The translations under genes were made by a program, and so were the position numbers. The notes beneath the pieces were generated by a model, which saw only the letters and a program-made list of their open reading frames with translations, was not told the origin of the DNA and did not search any database. Below, in pieces: positions 34,325 to 36,324 of a stretch of 36,324 nt of DNA. Each line of letters opens with the position of its first letter. The stretch's first letter is position 1. This DNA is from Candidatus Aerophobota bacterium (lineage in GTDB: Bacteria; Aerophobota; Aerophobia; Aerophobales; B3-G15): assembly GCA_014859225.1 (NCBI GenBank), contig JACUUP010000002.1:1-36324 (forward strand), read 5' to 3'.

Positions 34325-34960
34325 ATGAGAGCAGTTATTCTTATATCTGTTGTTGTTATTTTGTTTTTCTCTATTATTCTTCACGAGATTGCCCACGGTT
34401 TGATGGCTGAGAGACATGGGGACCCCACAGCAAGAATTATGGGGAGGATAACTCTCAATCCTCTTCCCCATATAGACCCTGTTGGAACAGTTCTTTTGCC
34501 GGCAATTATGATTATCATGAATCTTTTTGGAGGAGCCTTACCTATATTTGGATGGGCAAAGCCGGTCCCTATAAATCCGCGCAATTTGAATGACCCCAAA
34601 AAAGATATGATGTGGATAGCTCTTTCTGGACCCGGGACCAATTTTGCCATAGCTGTTTTTCTTGCGCTCGTTTACAGACTGTTTGCAATGCCTAACACAT
34701 TAGCCGGAGTGGTGCTTTTTTACGGAACTACTGTAAATCTTTTTCTTGCATTTTTTAATTTAATTCCCATTCCTCCCCTTGATGGCTCGCGTATTCTATC
34801 AGGGGTTCTTCCTGAGCATTTAAGCTATAAACTGGCTCAAATTGAACCTTTTGGATTCATCATCCTTTTACTTTTGCTGGTGAGCGGGGTTTTAAACTAC
34901 CTTTTTTTTGCCTTAATTAGATTAAGCGCTGTCTTAACTGGTGCTTATCTTCTTTTCTGA
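34325..34960 (+). CDS. site-2 protease family (M50) membrane metalloprotease
   Basis: HEIAHG zinc motif, NLIPIPPLDGSRIL, multiple hydrophobic segments. Confidence 0.85.
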   Translation: MRAVILISVVVILFFSIILHEIAHGLMAERHGDPTARIMGRITLNPLPHIDPVGTVLLPAIMIIMNLFGGALPIFGWAKPVPINPRNLNDPKKDMMWIALSGPGTNFAIAVFLALVYRLFAMPNTLAGVVLFYGTTVNLFLAFFNLIPIPPLDGSRILSGVLPEHLSYKLAQIEPFGFIILLLLLVSGVLNYLFFALIRLSAVLTGAYLLF

Positions 34961-36324
34961 TGGGAAAGACAGGCTTCTCTCTTTTTTCAAAGATGTATTT
35001 GGTGCGGGGTTTGACTTTCAAGGGGTATTTTCCTGAAAAACAGGCTGTGCAATAATTTTCAGGTTTTTCCACACAGCTAAGCAATCCTTCCAAAGATAAA
35101 TAAGCCAGGGAGTTTGCTCCTACCATTTTCCTTATCTTTTCTACGCTGTGAGTTGAGGCTATTAACTCTCGTCTGACTGGGGTGTCAATGCCAAAAAAAC
35201 AGGGAAACTTTATAGGAGGGGAGCTAATTCTAAAGTGAATCTCTTTGGCTCCTGCCTCACGCAAAATTCCAATAATCTTTTTGCTGGTTGTTCCTCGTAC
35301 TATAGAATCATCTACAAGCACTATTTTTTTATCTTTCAGGACATCCCTTATGGGGTTTAATTTAATCTTTACCTCCATATCCCTTACAAATTGAAGAGGT
35401 TGTATAAATGTTCTTCCCACGTAGTGGTTTCGGGTAAGACCCATGCTGTAAGCTATCCTGCTTTGCTGAGCGTATCCCAGCGCAGCTGATATTCCTGAAT
35501 CAGGAACTGGAATTACAAGGTCTGCTTTAGCTGGATGTTCCCTGGCTAGAGTTTTGCCCATCTTTCCTCTCACCGTATGGGCAGTTTCTCCAAATACGAT
35601 GCTGTCCGGGCGGGCAAAGTATATATGTTCAAATATACACTGGGATAGTTTTTTAGGCTCTTTTATTGTGTAGGATTTTATCCCTTGCTGGTCAATAATA
35701 ACCATCTCCCCCGGTTTAATCTCTCTTATATATGTTGCTCCTACCAGGTCAAAGGCACAGGTCTCTGAAGCTAAAAGATAACTTGAACCACTACTTCCCA
35801 GCACAAGTGGTCTAAACCCAAGATGGTCTCTTGCACCGATTAAAACATCGTTAAAAAGCATAACCAAAGAGTAAGCACCTTTAACTTTTCTGAGAGCTTC
35901 CACTAAAGCTCTTTTTTTCCCGAGGGATTTGTTAAATTTAGTAAAAAGGTGGACAATCACCTCTGTATCCATTGTGGACTGAAAGATAGAACCTGAGAGC
36001 TCCAGTTTTTCTCTTATTTCTGTGGCGTTTATCAAGTTCCCATTATGAGAGATAGCTATTCCTTCTCCAAAAAAGCTTATAAGCAGAGGTTGGATATTGG
36101 ATGGAGCAGTAGAGCCTGTTGTAGAATATCGGTTATGGCCAATGGCAAATCTACCGGGCAGGTTTGCCAGCACCTCTTCACTGAAAATAGAATCAACCAG
36201 GCCAAGACCTCTATGTATTGAAGTGTTCAGCCCATCAGATGTAGCAATACCGGCACTTTCCTGACCTCTATGCTGGAGGGCGTAGAGGCCAAGGTAGGTT
36301 AGCTTTGCTGCCTGTGGATGGTTA
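34917..36324 (-). CDS. purF: amidophosphoribosyltransferase, 5' end cut by the window edge
   Basis: The frame stays open upstream of the track Met to the window end (…LGLYALQHRGQESAGIATSDG…). GHNRYSTTG, PRPP loop IVLVDDSIVRGTTS, C-terminal CTACFSGKYP. Confidence 0.93.
   Translation of the reverse strand, partial: NHPQAAKLTYLGLYALQHRGQESAGIATSDGLNTSIHRGLGLVDSIFSEEVLANLPGRFAIGHNRYSTTGSTAPSNIQPLLISFFGEGIAISHNGNLINATEIREKLELSGSIFQSTMDTEVIVHLFTKFNKSLGKKRALVEALRKVKGAYSLVMLFNDVLIGARDHLGFRPLVLGSSGSSYLLASETCAFDLVGATYIREIKPGEMVIIDQQGIKSYTIKEPKKLSQCIFEHIYFARPDSIVFGETAHTVRGKMGKTLAREHPAKADLVIPVPDSGISAALGYAQQSRIAYSMGLTRNHYVGRTFIQPLQFVRDMEVKIKLNPIRDVLKDKKIVLVDDSIVRGTTSKKIIGILREAGAKEIHFRISSPPIKFPCFFGIDTPVRRELIASTHSVEKIRKMVGANSLAYLSLEGLLSCVEKPENYCTACFSGKYPLKVKPRTKYIFEKREKPVFPIRKEDKHQLRQRLI

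Noticed and set aside
1-36324. Scan by eye for rRNA, tRNA (GGTTCGAATCC-type T-arms), tmRNA and RNase P signatures, CRISPR repeat arrays, IS terminal repeats and transposases, toxin-antitoxin pairs and known defence-gene architectures
   Set aside because: None were seen. All intergenic gaps longer than 100 nt (7773-7943, 11858-12079, 13409-13948, 18097-18263, 21247-21391, 23794-23941, 28768-28901) are accounted for by promoters, oriC elements, hairpins or the single ncRNA candidate. A by-eye scan cannot exclude small or degenerate elements.

Overview
This is an AT-rich, very gene-dense bacterial chromosomal window with about 35 CDS, many with overlapping stop and start codons. It covers the replication-origin neighbourhood: dnaA (12080-13408, minus) has DnaA-box clusters on both sides. 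Almost every large ORF is a recognisable housekeeping gene. These include AOR, argH, a lysA-dapF fusion, dapA, folK, yicC-gmk-rpoZ, trxA, dnaA, HIT, nadE, acyP, glyQS, ruvAB, a phosphohexomutase, xerD, a DHH-CBS-CCA enzyme, an M50 protease and purF (cut by the window edge). The K/E/I-rich proteins and the ferredoxin, AOR and OFOR-type genes suggest an anaerobic, possibly thermophilic lineage, but that is inference only. I saw no rRNA, tRNA, CRISPR array, transposase, phage or recognisable defence genes. The points that merit a second look are: (1) a tightly packed four-gene minus-strand operon (23942-28767) encoding a SAM-methyltransferase/ATP-grasp fusion, a PfkB kinase, a PurN-like formyltransferase-fold protein and an atypical HAD-like protein, divergent from a phosphohexomutase, which matches no pathway I can name; (2) a roughly 285-nt non-coding island next to oriC (13620-13905) that is more GC-rich by eye, has a hand-foldable multi-helix structure, a perfect -10 hexamer and a 16-bp terminator-like hairpin, and is a candidate structured ncRNA; (3) several unusually long perfect palindromes, one of which (20 bp) encloses the start codon and first 13 codons of a RACo-like gene; (4) an in-frame LysA-DapF fusion; (5) a 2x[4Fe-4S] ferredoxin translationally coupled to ruvAB. 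All family assignments rest on motifs read by eye, and no database search was possible.
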